Assembly (NCBI GenBank): GCA_963813155.1 | Contig: CAWEYG010000002.1 | Coordinates: 448,001 to 512,000 of the forward strand | DNA: 64,000 bases | Direction: 5' to 3' | Source: an uncultured Acidobacteriota bacterium | GTDB lineage: Bacteria > Acidobacteriota > Thermoanaerobaculia > UBA5066 > DATFVB01 | In this document: positions 20,848-30,192 of the stretch, piece after piece | Position numbering within the stretch: the stretch's first letter is position 1 | Layout: every line of letters starts with the position of its first letter | Made by a program: the position numbers and the translations under genes | The notes under the pieces: generated by a model | Databases searched by the model: none | Told to the model about the DNA's origin: nothing | The model's input: only the letters and a program-made list of their open reading frames with translations

Positions 20848-21435
20848 ATGTTTTCAATTCCGAAAGGCACGCCCGCGGGCTGGCTTACCGGCTGCGGCGT
20901 TTTTGCGGCCCCAGTTTTTCTCATCCTCTCAGTTCCTTCGTGGCGGCAATCCATGACAGGCATGGGGCTAGCCTTCGTGTTCGGGTTCATTTCCATCTCC
21001 GCGCTCGTGCTAGCTGGTAGGGAGCACTGGCTCGGGGAGGGACGTAACGAAGGCGTTGCTCAAGGACGAACCCAGGCGCTTGCAGAGTCGGAAAAGGCCA
21101 GAGTGATCGCGAGCGCCGCGGCCGTCGACACTTCCCTCCCCGCGCCAACCGTGCTTCCTGCGCCCACCTCGCCTCCTCCGCCGCCCGCCGCGGTTGCTGC
21201 ACCAGAAGAGAAGCAGAAACAGCTGGCGATTCGCACGCCAACTCGGGAGGAGATAAGCCTCTACCTCAATTCTCTCCCGCTATTGCAAGTCGAACAGGCC
21301 GCAAAGCATCTTCTTCGACCCATTGGTCAGCCGCGTGAACCGTCGGCCTTCATCACCCGTTCATCTCCCGCGGGTAATCGTCGGCCCGCTTGGAGCACGA
21401 GTTTCACTGGGACTGTCCCGAGTGCGGCGAGATGA
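20848..21435 (+). pseudogene. Foreign membrane-protein fragment (lower GC), probably truncated
   Basis: Hydrophobic N-terminus and Pro/Ala linker with atypical codon usage. The 3' end runs into unrelated fragments. Confidence 0.4.
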
Positions 21436-21597
21436 ACGCGACCCTTCTGGATTCGCAGCCTGCCGCGCGATCGCCTTCCGGCGCTGATCGGGAATCAGGG
21501 CCATTCGAGTTTTTCCGGCGGCTAGACCGCCCCTGCGGCCCAGGGCCACGGCATGGGGGTTTTTGCGCGTCCGTTTGGCCTTAGAGCCGCGTTCCAC
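21361..21597 (-). pseudogene. Small basic KNPxAVALGRxGG-family protein (mobile-element associated), 3' end degenerate
   Basis: KNPHAVALGRRGGLAAGKTRMALIPDQRRKAIARQAA; the expected terminal ARW is missing. Confidence 0.55.
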
Positions 21598-21701
21598 GGC
21601 CTCCCCCCGTCGTCATTTGGGCCAGCACGCGGAACGGTGGCTGATTCTCGTCCTCGTCGATGCTACGGCGCTTTGGCAGACAAGGAGTATAATCTCGCTC
21701 C

Positions 21702-22128
21702 TTAGAACGCAACGGGGAAGGGCAGCGAGTGAAGGAATTCTTCGGGAATGCCCGAGCTGCGGTGCACGAAGTCCTCCCACAGGGAAGGAGCGCGCAGCAT
21801 CCGACCCGCCCCGCGTCCTCGCGCCCAGCCGAGCGAGGAGTCCCCGTCCGTCCTGTCGTAGAACGGCGTCAGGTCATGGCCGAGCGAAAAGATCCGGGCC
21901 GTCCACTCGCGGATCTTCGCCGCGGGCGCCGGCGGGAACGACTCGACGGCCAGCCCGCGCGGCCCCTCCGAAAAGACGAGCGCGACCGCGCTTCCCTCGT
22001 GCTCGACGGTGACCGAGGGCCGCGCGGCCGCGCGGTCGTACGCGAACGGAGGAAGGTCGTACCAGCCGTGCGACCGGGCCACGGCGTCGAGCCGGAAACC
22101 GTCCGACGGGGACCGGGAAAAGGGCTAT
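21702..22128 (-). pseudogene. Truncated AlkA/3-methyladenine DNA glycosylase-like gene (N-terminal part only)
   Basis: SHGWYDLPPF and GAGRMLRAPSLWEDFV. Homology breaks at ~21765, before the HhH domain. Confidence 0.65.
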
Positions 22129-23396
22129 TCGTACCGGAGCGACTCGATCGGATCGAGCCGGGAGGCCTTCACCGCCGGATACGCTCCAAAGAAGATTCCC
22201 ACGGTCATCGACACGGCGAGCCCGACGAGGATCGACCACAGCGGCACCGACGCCGGCAGCGAGATCGGCAGCGCGCGAACGAGGGCCGCCATGCCGATGC
22301 CGAGCAGGACGCCGATCACTCCGCCGATCGTCGACAGCGTCACCGCCTCCGTCAGGAACTGGCCGATGATGTCGCGCCGGAACGCGCCGACGGCCTTGCG
22401 AATTCCGATCTCGCGGGTCCTCTGCGTCACGGAGACGAGCATGATGTTCATGACGCCCACTCCCCCGATCAGAAGGGAAATCAGGGCGATCAGAATCATC
22501 GCGCCCGTGATCCCACCGGTGATCGCTTTGAACTGATTGATCAGCTGGTCCGGCGTCGAGATCGCGAAGTTGTTCGGCTTGTTGAAGGGAACGTGGCGGC
22601 GAAGCCTCAGGATCTCGGTTCCCTGCTCGATCATTTTGTTGAGGTCTTCCGGGCGTTTCGGGACGACGCTGATGTTGGAGATCCCGTCCTTTCGCACTTC
22701 GAAACCGAACTGCTTTTCGAACGTTCCGTACGGAAGCACGACCTTGTTGTCCGGAGACCAGCCGAACTGCGCGCCCTTCCTCTCGAGCACGCCGACGACG
22801 AGATAGCGCAGGCCGTTCACCGTGACGACCTTTCCGATCGGGTCCTCGCTCGGGAAGATCGCGTCCTTCACGTCCGCGCCGATGACGACCTCCAGCGCGC
22901 TGTGCTCCACTTCGAGCGGCGTGAAGAATCGCCCGTGGCCCACGACGTACGCGGTCGCCTGCGGATATTGATGGTCCACGCCGAGAACGTAGGGATTGTT
23001 CGCCTCGAGGCTGCCGTTCTTGACGTGGATTTCCGCGTCGAAGTACCCGACGAGGCCGGACACCGCCGCGGCATCGGGCAACGCCTCGCGCATCGCCTTG
23101 ACGTCGTCCATCGTCAGGTTCGGGCGGTATTTCTCCTCGTCGCTCGACGGCTTTCCGCCGAACCGATCTTCGTATTTCTGGAACTCGATCCGGTTCGCGC
23201 CGAACGCCTGAAGGTTCCCGATCACGTTGTTGTTGAAGCCCGTGACGATCGAGACCATCGCGATCACGGTCGTGACCCCGACGACGATGCCGAGGACCGT
23301 GAGGCCGGAGCGGAGCTTGTGCTCGCGAAGCGCATTGAACGCGAACCGGATGTTCTCGAAGAAACCGCGCCGAAAGGTCTCGATCAAACGATTCAT
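22125..23396 (-). CDS. ABC permease, MacB/FtsX family
   Basis: RSGLTVLGIVVGV, GVGVMNIMLVSVTQRTREIGIRKAVGA and DPIESLRYE. Confidence 0.93.
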   Translation of the reverse strand: MNRLIETFRRGFFENIRFAFNALREHKLRSGLTVLGIVVGVTTVIAMVSIVTGFNNNVIGNLQAFGANRIEFQKYEDRFGGKPSSDEEKYRPNLTMDDVKAMREALPDAAAVSGLVGYFDAEIHVKNGSLEANNPYVLGVDHQYPQATAYVVGHGRFFTPLEVEHSALEVVIGADVKDAIFPSEDPIGKVVTVNGLRYLVVGVLERKGAQFGWSPDNKVVLPYGTFEKQFGFEVRKDGISNISVVPKRPEDLNKMIEQGTEILRLRRHVPFNKPNNFAISTPDQLINQFKAITGGITGAMILIALISLLIGGVGVMNIMLVSVTQRTREIGIRKAVGAFRRDIIGQFLTEAVTLSTIGGVIGVLLGIGMAALVRALPISLPASVPLWSILVGLAVSMTVGIFFGAYPAVKASRLDPIESLRYE

Positions 23397-23406
23397 GACT
23401 TCCTCC

Positions 23407-24621
23407 TCATTCGAACCGCAGGGCCTCGACCGGCGGCAACTTCGATGCCGACGTCGAGGGCGCCAGACCCGCGAGCAGGCCCGTGATGGTCGCCGTCGCG
23501 ATCCCGATCAGGATGAACACGAGCTTGACCTCGGCCGGAAAGATCTGGCTCACCGCCATCGCGATGAGCGAGCCGAGGATCACGCCGACGATACCGCCCG
23601 ACGTCGCGAGCAGGGCCGATTCGAGCAGGAACTGGCGCTTGATGTCGCGCCGCCGCGCGCCGAGCGCCATCCGCAGGCCGATCTCCTTCGTTCGCTCCAC
23701 GACCGACACGAACATGATGTTCGCGATCACGATCGCTCCGACGACGAGCGAGATTCCCGAGATCAGCAGCATCAACCCGAACGCGCTCGCGGAAATCGAG
23801 TTCCACAGCGACTGGATCGCCTCCGAGCCGACGATGCCGAAAGGGTCCTCCGCCGAAAACGGGGTCTTTCGCAGCGACCGAAGGATCGTGCGGACCTCGT
23901 CCTGCGTCCGGTTGAGGCCGGCCATGCCGCCGACGGGGCGCACGAAGATCGACAGATCGTCCTTCGAGGTCATGATCTTTCGGACGAAGGAAGCGGGCAG
24001 AAACACGACGTTGTCCCGGCTCTGGCCCAGCACGTTGCCGAGCTTGGACTGAAGGCCGATCACCGTCACGGGATAGCCCGAAACGTAGAGCGTGCGGCCG
24101 AGGGGGCTGATCGACGGGAAGCACTGATCCTTCACGTCGTAGCCGATGACGGCGACGGCCGTCGCATGATCGTCCTCCACGGGAGTGAAGAATCGACCCG
24201 ATTCGAGGTCCACGTTGAGCATCGACGCCATGTTCGCGCTGTAGCCTTCGACCGTGACGCCCGAGAGCTTGCGCGGACCGACGTGCACGTTGGCCTGCTC
24301 CTCGAAGTTCACGCCGACGGCCGCGCAGGACTTGCATTCCTTCTCGACGAGCTGCGCGTCCCGCATCGTGACGGGCTTGCGTTTCTTCGCGAGCAGATAT
24401 TCCTGGCGGCCGCGAATGATCCCGTATTTCGTGAAGACGAGAACGTCCGGGTTCAGGTTCAGCACCTTGTCCCGGACGTATCCGTTCAATCCGCTGATCA
24501 CCGACACCACCGCGACGACCGTCATCACGCCGATGATCACGCCGAGCAGCGTCAGGAACGAACGCAGCTTGTTGCGCCGCAGCGCGCTGAAAGCAACCTG
24601 GAAGAGCTCGGCGAAGCTCAC
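23407..24621 (-). CDS. ABC permease, MacB/FtsX family
   Basis: RSFLTLLGVIIGV, VERTKEIGLRMALGA and PVEALRFE. Confidence 0.93.
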   Translation of the reverse strand: MSFAELFQVAFSALRRNKLRSFLTLLGVIIGVMTVVAVVSVISGLNGYVRDKVLNLNPDVLVFTKYGIIRGRQEYLLAKKRKPVTMRDAQLVEKECKSCAAVGVNFEEQANVHVGPRKLSGVTVEGYSANMASMLNVDLESGRFFTPVEDDHATAVAVIGYDVKDQCFPSISPLGRTLYVSGYPVTVIGLQSKLGNVLGQSRDNVVFLPASFVRKIMTSKDDLSIFVRPVGGMAGLNRTQDEVRTILRSLRKTPFSAEDPFGIVGSEAIQSLWNSISASAFGLMLLISGISLVVGAIVIANIMFVSVVERTKEIGLRMALGARRRDIKRQFLLESALLATSGGIVGVILGSLIAMAVSQIFPAEVKLVFILIGIATATITGLLAGLAPSTSASKLPPVEALRFE

Positions 24622-24622
24622 T

Positions 24623-25936
24623 TCAGCTCTTCTCGGCGGACTCGCCGTCCTTCTTTTCTTTCTCGACGACGACCTTGTCGCCGTCCTTGATCGACCGCAG
24701 CGCCTTGAACGGCCCCGTGATGATCTCCTGCCCGGCCGTGACGCCCCCCTTGACCTCGACGGCCAGCTCCCCGGAGAGGCCCGTCTGGATGTTCGCGAAT
24801 TCGGCCTTTCCGGCCTTCAGGACGTAGGCGCCTTCTTCGGTCTTGACCTTTCCGGAGGCGGTCTTTTCCTTCTTCGGGGAATCGCGCACGACGACCGCCG
24901 AGAGGGGAATCGTCAGCACGCCCGGCTTCGTGCCCGTGATCACGTCGGCCGTCACCGAGAAGCCGGGCCGAATCGTGTCGGGGGGATTGACGACCTTCAC
25001 CCGGACCTTGAAATTGATCGCGTCGCTCGTCGTCGTCAGGCCCTGCAGATCCGGATCGTTCGGCAGGATCGGAGAGTTCCCCACTTCGGTCACGATGCCG
25101 TCGAACGGATGATTCGGGTAGGCGTCGACGGTGACAATCGCCTTCTGGCCGACCTTCACGTTCGGCACGTCGGTCTCGTCGACCATCAGCACCGCTTCGA
25201 CCGTCGCCATATCGGAGACCGTCATCAGCTGCGTGCCGGCGTTGTTCATCGTTCCGATGACCGTGACCTCGCCCTGTTTGATCGGCAGCGCCGTGACGAC
25301 GCCGTCGAGCGGCGCCCGAACGGTCGTCTTCGACAACGTGTCGCGCGATCCGTTGAGGTTCGCGCGACCCTGGTCGATCCGGTTCTGGGCGCCCTGGTAG
25401 TTTGCGGCCGCGGTGTCGAGCGTGGACTTCGCCTTCTGGTAGTCCGCCTCGGAAAGAATGTTCGCCTCGAAGTTCTTCTTCGCGCGCTCGTAGTCGCGGC
25501 GCGCCTGTTCCATCGTCGCTTTCGAGGAATCGCGATCGGACAGGCTCGCCTGCAGGGCGGCGGCGGAGCCCGCCTCTCCGGCAGCCGCCTGGTTCTTGTC
25601 GATCTGCAGAAGGAAGTCGCCCTTCTTGACGTGGTCCCCTTCGCGGACGGCGAGGTTCACGATCTGGCCCATGACGAGGGCGGAAAGATCGACTTTCTTC
25701 TCGGCCTGGATCTTGCCGTTGGCCGTCACCTTCGACACGATGTCCTGGAGCTCGACTTTGGCCGTCTGGACCCGCGGGATTTTCGCGTTTTTCGCGCGGA
25801 TCGAGCTCATCACGACGAGCGCGACGATCACGACGGCGATCGCGATGATGATCTTCCACTTTTTCGAGAGCTTCCGCCGGGCCGGGGCGATCAACACGGG
25901 CGGCTCGAACTGGGTTTCCGGATTCGTCGTAGACAT
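24623..25936 (-). CDS. Efflux periplasmic adaptor (MacA/HlyD family)
   Basis: N-terminal TM, VREGDHVKKGDFL, coiled hairpin, RAPLDGVV and VDETDV. Confidence 0.92.
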   Translation of the reverse strand: MSTTNPETQFEPPVLIAPARRKLSKKWKIIIAIAVVIVALVVMSSIRAKNAKIPRVQTAKVELQDIVSKVTANGKIQAEKKVDLSALVMGQIVNLAVREGDHVKKGDFLLQIDKNQAAAGEAGSAAALQASLSDRDSSKATMEQARRDYERAKKNFEANILSEADYQKAKSTLDTAAANYQGAQNRIDQGRANLNGSRDTLSKTTVRAPLDGVVTALPIKQGEVTVIGTMNNAGTQLMTVSDMATVEAVLMVDETDVPNVKVGQKAIVTVDAYPNHPFDGIVTEVGNSPILPNDPDLQGLTTTSDAINFKVRVKVVNPPDTIRPGFSVTADVITGTKPGVLTIPLSAVVVRDSPKKEKTASGKVKTEEGAYVLKAGKAEFANIQTGLSGELAVEVKGGVTAGQEIITGPFKALRSIKDGDKVVVEKEKKDGESAEKS

Positions 25937-26031
25937 GACTCCTCAGTTTCTGGATGGCGGAAAAGTCCCGCCTCTCGAACCATATTACGTTCCTGGAACC
26001 GGTTTGTTTTGGACTATAATCCCGCCCCCGC

Positions 26032-26121
26032 GGAGGGGTGCTGGAGTGGTTGATCAGGCCGGTCTCGAAAACCGGTAAACCCGAAAGGGTTTCGAGGGTT
26101 CGAATCCCTCCTCCTCCGCCA
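26032..26121 (+). tRNA. tRNA-Ser(CGA)
   Basis: Cloverleaf: GGAGGGG/CTCCTCC acceptor, CCGGT-CTCGAAA-ACCGG anticodon arm, long variable arm, TTCGAAT and encoded CCA. TATAAT at 26015-26020. Confidence 0.96.
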
Positions 26122-26256
26122 AATTCAGCCGGATTCGGCACTTACGAGCCATCTCCCGGGAATCCAGAAGGCGTGGCAGACGATCCGGCGCCGGATTCCG
26201 CTGATCGCGTTCGTGATCGTCTCCGCGCAATTCTCACGGGTTTAGAATGCGTCATC

Positions 26257-27333
26257 TTGTCTCGCCGCCTCTGGCTGATCGGAGTTCTCGTGTGGGCCGC
26301 GCTGCTCTACGGAGTCGCGTTCCTGGCCGTCGCGCGATTCGGGCCGGTCCGGGTCGGAGGAGTTCCGCTGCCCGGCATTTCGCCCCGTCTTCTCGAACGA
26401 GCCCCCTTCGCGCGGTGGGACTCCCACTGGTACGGGCGCGTCGCAATCGGGGGCTACGAAGGCAGCGGCGAGGGGAACTACCGGGACACGGCCTACTTCC
26501 CGCTCTATCCGGCTCTCCTCTCGGCCGTCTCCCGGACGACCGGCCTTCATCCCTTTTTCGCGGGCGAGGCGGTTTCCCTCCTCTGCCTTCTGGGCGCCGT
26601 CGGGTTGTTGTTCGCGCTCGCGCGCGAGGAAGGTTTCGACCCCGACGCGACCCTGCGGGCGCTGCTTTTTTTCCCGGCGGCGTTCTTTTTTCTCGCCTGC
26701 TACACCGAATCGCTCTTTCTGCTGACGACGGCCGGGTCGCTCCTCGCGCTCCGAAGAAGACGATTCGCCGCGAGCGCGGCGTGGGGGTTTCTCGCAGCGC
26801 TGACCCGGCCGACCGGATTCTTGCTCGTCCTCCCGATTCTCTGGGAGGCGCGCGACCGGAAGGCCCGCCCCGGAGTCTTTCTTTCCGCCGCCGGTCCGGT
26901 GGCCGGGACGGGAGCTTTCGCGATTTTCCTGTGGGTGAAGTTCGGATCGCCGCTGACGTACGTCCGCGCGCAGAAGGCGGGCTGGAGATACCACCTCGCG
27001 TGGCCATGGCGGCCGTTCATCGAAGCGTGGCGCTGGCACCCCACGCACCGCGCGAGCGCGCTCGCCGCCATTCTCTTCGGGGCGATCGGCATCTGGATGC
27101 TGCGGAGATGGACCGGCTACGCCCTTTACGTCCTCGCCTCACTCGCGCTCATTCTCGAGAGGGGGAACCTGAGCAGCGCCGTCCGCTATGGAATCGTTCT
27201 CTTCCCCGCGTTCTTCGTCCTCGGCGAGGCCATGCGCCGATCGAAACCGTTCGAGCGGCTCTACACGATGGCAGGGATTGTCGGCCTCGCCGTTTATACC
27301 GCGTGGTTCGCCGTCGGATTCTGGGTCGGCTGA
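26257..27333 (+). CDS. Membrane mannosyltransferase-like protein (PIG-V/GT-C family)
   Basis: RWDSHWY, AYFPLYP, YTESLF and TRPTG, with many TM helices. TTG start is inferred. Confidence 0.85.
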   Translation: MSRRLWLIGVLVWAALLYGVAFLAVARFGPVRVGGVPLPGISPRLLERAPFARWDSHWYGRVAIGGYEGSGEGNYRDTAYFPLYPALLSAVSRTTGLHPFFAGEAVSLLCLLGAVGLLFALAREEGFDPDATLRALLFFPAAFFFLACYTESLFLLTTAGSLLALRRRRFAASAAWGFLAALTRPTGFLLVLPILWEARDRKARPGVFLSAAGPVAGTGAFAIFLWVKFGSPLTYVRAQKAGWRYHLAWPWRPFIEAWRWHPTHRASALAAILFGAIGIWMLRRWTGYALYVLASLALILERGNLSSAVRYGIVLFPAFFVLGEAMRRSKPFERLYTMAGIVGLAVYTAWFAVGFWVG

Positions 27334-27810
27334 GTTTCCGGCCCTGCCGGAGCGTCTCCGAAGGCGAAAAAAATCCCGGAGCGCGGCTCCGGACTCCTCC
27401 GCGAGCACTCCTCCGGCGACCTCGCACCGGTGATTGAGCCTCGGGTCCGAAGCGAGATTTCCGAGGGACGAAACGTAACCCGCCTTCGGGTCGGCGCACC
27501 CGTAGACGATCCTTGCGATCCGGGCGTTGACGCAGGCGCCCGCGCACATCGCGCACGGCTCGAGCGTGACGTACAGCGTGCAGCCGTCCAGGCGCCACGA
27601 CCCGATCTTCCGGGCAGCCCGGCGAATCGCCTGAACCTCGGCGTGGGCCACGGGGTCATGCTTTGTTTCCCGCTGGTTGCAGCCGACGGCCACCAGCCGG
27701 TTCCCGCAAACGACCACGGCCCCGACGGGCACCTCTCCCCGGCGCGACGCGAGTCTCGCCAGGCGCAGGGCCCGGCGCATCGCGGATTCGTCCTCTTCCT
27801 TCCGGTTCAT
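27139..27810 (-). CDS. tadA: tRNA adenosine(34) deaminase
   Basis: EVPVGAV, HAE, TLEPCAMC and LNHR. The ORF reads on ~65 codons antisense into the neighbouring gene. Confidence 0.92.
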   Translation of the reverse strand: MNRKEEDESAMRRALRLARLASRRGEVPVGAVVVCGNRLVAVGCNQRETKHDPVAHAEVQAIRRAARKIGSWRLDGCTLYVTLEPCAMCAGACVNARIARIVYGCADPKAGYVSSLGNLASDPRLNHRCEVAGGVLAEESGAALRDFFRLRRRSGRAGNSADPESDGEPRGINGEADNPCHRVEPLERFRSAHGLAEDEERGEENDSIADGAAQVPPLENERE

Positions 27811-27995
27811 TCGAGGTTCATTGTTTTCTCGCGCGTCAAGGATTTCAAGAAATGCTTGCGTTTCCCGGGAGAGCGCGCTAGATTCCTCGAATTCTCGGTG
27901 GATTTGACCTTCGGAGATATCGACAACCGGCATGATAACGTGAAAAAAAGCCGCAGCGGATTCCGCGGCGGCGTGAAAGGAAAGGAAGGATATTC

Positions 27996-28286
27996 ATGGC
28001 AAAAGCGATGACCAAGTCCCAGATCGCCGATCAGCTCAGCAAGAAAACCCTCGTCACGAAAAAAGTGGCGACCCAGTTCCTGGAGGAGCTCGCGGGTCTG
28101 GCGTACCGGGAAGCGAAGAACTCCTTTACGATCCCGGGACTCGGCAAAATCGTGCTCGTGAACCGGAAGGCCCGCATGGGGCGCAACCCCGCCACCGGCG
28201 AGGCGATCAAGATCGCGGCGAAGCGCGTCGTCAAGTTCCGCGTGGCGAAGGCCGCCAAAGACGCGATCCTCGGCGCGAAGAAGTAA
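27996..28286 (+). CDS. hup: HU family DNA-binding protein
   Basis: MTKSQIA, IPGLGK and RKARMGRNPATGEAIKI. Confidence 0.93.
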   Translation: MAKAMTKSQIADQLSKKTLVTKKVATQFLEELAGLAYREAKNSFTIPGLGKIVLVNRKARMGRNPATGEAIKIAAKRVVKFRVAKAAKDAILGAKK

Positions 28287-28312
28287 GTTTCCTCTCCCGT
28301 CACGAATCGATC

Positions 28313-28342
28313 AGGCGCGGTCCTCCGCGCCTTTTCTTTTTT
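28313..28342 (+). terminator. Rho-independent terminator
   Basis: AGGCGCGG-tcct-CCGCGCCT followed by TTTCTTTTTT. Confidence 0.85.
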
Positions 28343-28361
28343 CGCCCGCCGGCCCCGATCC

Positions 28362-28390
28362 TTGAAATCCCGGGGCCTTTTCGCTACTCT
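28362..28390 (+). promoter_or_regulatory. Sigma70 promoter of tRNA-Arg
   Basis: TTGAAA-N17-TACTCT followed by a GC-rich discriminator. Confidence 0.7.
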
Positions 28391-28400
28391 GCCGCTCCCT

Positions 28401-28477
28401 GCGCCCGTAGCTCAATTGGATAGAGCATCTGACTACGGATCAGAAGGTTGGGGATTCGAATTCCTCCGGGCGCACCA
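28401..28477 (+). tRNA. tRNA-Arg(ACG)
   Basis: GCGCCCG/CGGGCGC acceptor, TCTGA-CTACGGA-TCAGA anticodon arm and CCA end. Confidence 0.96.
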
Positions 28478-28533
28478 TTGATTCGCGGCCCCGATTCCCT
28501 GTTAGAATCTCGCCGCCACCAGGAGGTAGAAAC

Positions 28534-28910
28534 ATGAAGAAGACCCTCGCACTCATCATATCGATCGCCGCCGTCGCGAGCACGCTCGCGTTCGCGGCCG
28601 GAAGCCCGAATCTCACCCCCGCGGAAGCGGCGGCGCACATCGGGGAGACCCGCACCGTTTGCGGCGCCGTCGCCAGCGCCGACTACGTGCCCTCGATGCA
28701 GGACAAGCCGACCTTCATCAACCTGGACAAACCGTATCCGAACCAAATTTTCACGATCATGATTTCGGGAGCGAACCGGCGAAGTTCGGCCAGCCGGAGG
28801 TCACCTACAAGGGAAAACGGATCTGCGTGACGGGCGTGATCAAAACGTTCCGCTCAAACGCCCAGATCAACGTTACATCGCCCGACCAGATTCGCGTCCA
28901 GGACAAATAA
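28534..28910 (+). CDS. Secreted OB-fold protein with a frameshift at ~28778 (probable sequencing indel)
   Basis: Signal peptide and PTFINLDKPYPNQIF; the protein continues in another frame as KFGQPEVTYKGKRICVTG. Confidence 0.75.
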
Positions 28911-28923
28911 AACGATCCGCTCG

Positions 28924-30192
28924 CTGGCGAAACGGCTGCTGCCCTTCGGCCTGGCGCTCGGCCTCTTCGTCTGGGGATTCGCCGCCGAGCGCTACAAGGT
29001 CTTTCCGATCGGCCTGATCCGCCGGATCCGGGTTCGCCTGGGAGTTCCGGGTTGGCCGGTCGACATCCAGTCGAAATCGCCCGCGGTCGCCGGACTTGCG
29101 TCGATCCCGTACCTTCACGGCCAGTTCGATCCGCACGCGAAATCGAGCGGGGTCCTCCTCGACGAGCCGGACCGGGTCTCGCCCGGATTGAATTTCTTCT
29201 CGACGCTCGGAAGCGGAGACGCGTTTCTGATCGACCGCGAAGGGCATTCCCGCTGGCGCTGGTCCCTCCAGCGGTATTTCGATCGTTCCGAGCTCAAGGC
29301 CGCCGACGATTTCGGTTTTCCGCATCTCTTTCCCAACGGCGACGTCCTCGCTTACGTCGCGGAAAAGGCGCTGTACAAGCTCGACAAGCAATCCAACGTC
29401 GTCTGGAAGTATCCCGCGCGCGTCCATCACGACGCGTTTGTCGCCGCCGACGGGCGCATCTGGACGCTCCGGCACGTCTTTCAAAAAGTCCCGGCCATCG
29501 ACCCGCGTTACATGTCTCAGATCGACGAAATCGACGTGCTCTCGCCCGACGGAAAGCTCGAGCGCACGATTTCGCTGCTCGAGCTGCTGGAGAAATCCCC
29601 CTATGCCTTTCTCCTGCCCCGGACGGCCGGGCTCCCGCTGCCGCGCGACACGACGACCGTCGACGTGTTCCACGCGAACCACGTCGAGGTCTTCGACGGC
29701 TCGCTGGAGGACAGGTCGGAGCTCTATCGCCGCGGAAATTTTCTCGTTTCGATGAGGAACATCGATTCCGTCGCGATCGTCGACGGAAGCACCCTGCGCG
29801 TGCTCTGGCTGTGGGGCCCGACGAACCTGACGCTCCAGCACCACTCCACGATCCTCGCCAGCGGAAACATCCTGCTGTTCGACAATGGAACGAAGATTTC
29901 GGCCGTCGTCGAGGTGGATCCGCGGTCCAACGCCGTCGTCTGGCGCTACGCCCCCGAAAAGGAGTTCTTCAGCTACATCCGCGGCGCCTGCCAGCGATTG
30001 CCCAACGGCGACACTCTCGTCACGCTCTCGATGCCCGGCTATGCGCTGGAGGTGACTCCGGCCGGGAAGACGGTCTGGAAATTCGCGAATCCCGCCGTCA
30101 GCCCGGCGGGCGTTCGAGACTCGATCTACCGGATGACCCGCTTTTCCGCGGCCGAACTTCCGTTCGTCACCGGGGCGCCTCCCCGCCCCTGA
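28924..30192 (+). CDS. Arylsulfotransferase (ASST-like) family protein
   Basis: HHD, FHANHV, QHH, LLFDNG and QRLPNGDTL. The frame is open upstream of 29188 and encodes a TM anchor; the start is uncertain (CTG 28924?). Confidence 0.8.
   Translation: MAKRLLPFGLALGLFVWGFAAERYKVFPIGLIRRIRVRLGVPGWPVDIQSKSPAVAGLASIPYLHGQFDPHAKSSGVLLDEPDRVSPGLNFFSTLGSGDAFLIDREGHSRWRWSLQRYFDRSELKAADDFGFPHLFPNGDVLAYVAEKALYKLDKQSNVVWKYPARVHHDAFVAADGRIWTLRHVFQKVPAIDPRYMSQIDEIDVLSPDGKLERTISLLELLEKSPYAFLLPRTAGLPLPRDTTTVDVFHANHVEVFDGSLEDRSELYRRGNFLVSMRNIDSVAIVDGSTLRVLWLWGPTNLTLQHHSTILASGNILLFDNGTKISAVVEVDPRSNAVVWRYAPEKEFFSYIRGACQRLPNGDTLVTLSMPGYALEVTPAGKTVWKFANPAVSPAGVRDSIYRMTRFSAAELPFVTGAPPRP

Noticed and set aside
26122-26256. 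Integrated element at tRNA-Ser
   Set aside because: No integrase and no duplicated tRNA 3' end found in the window.
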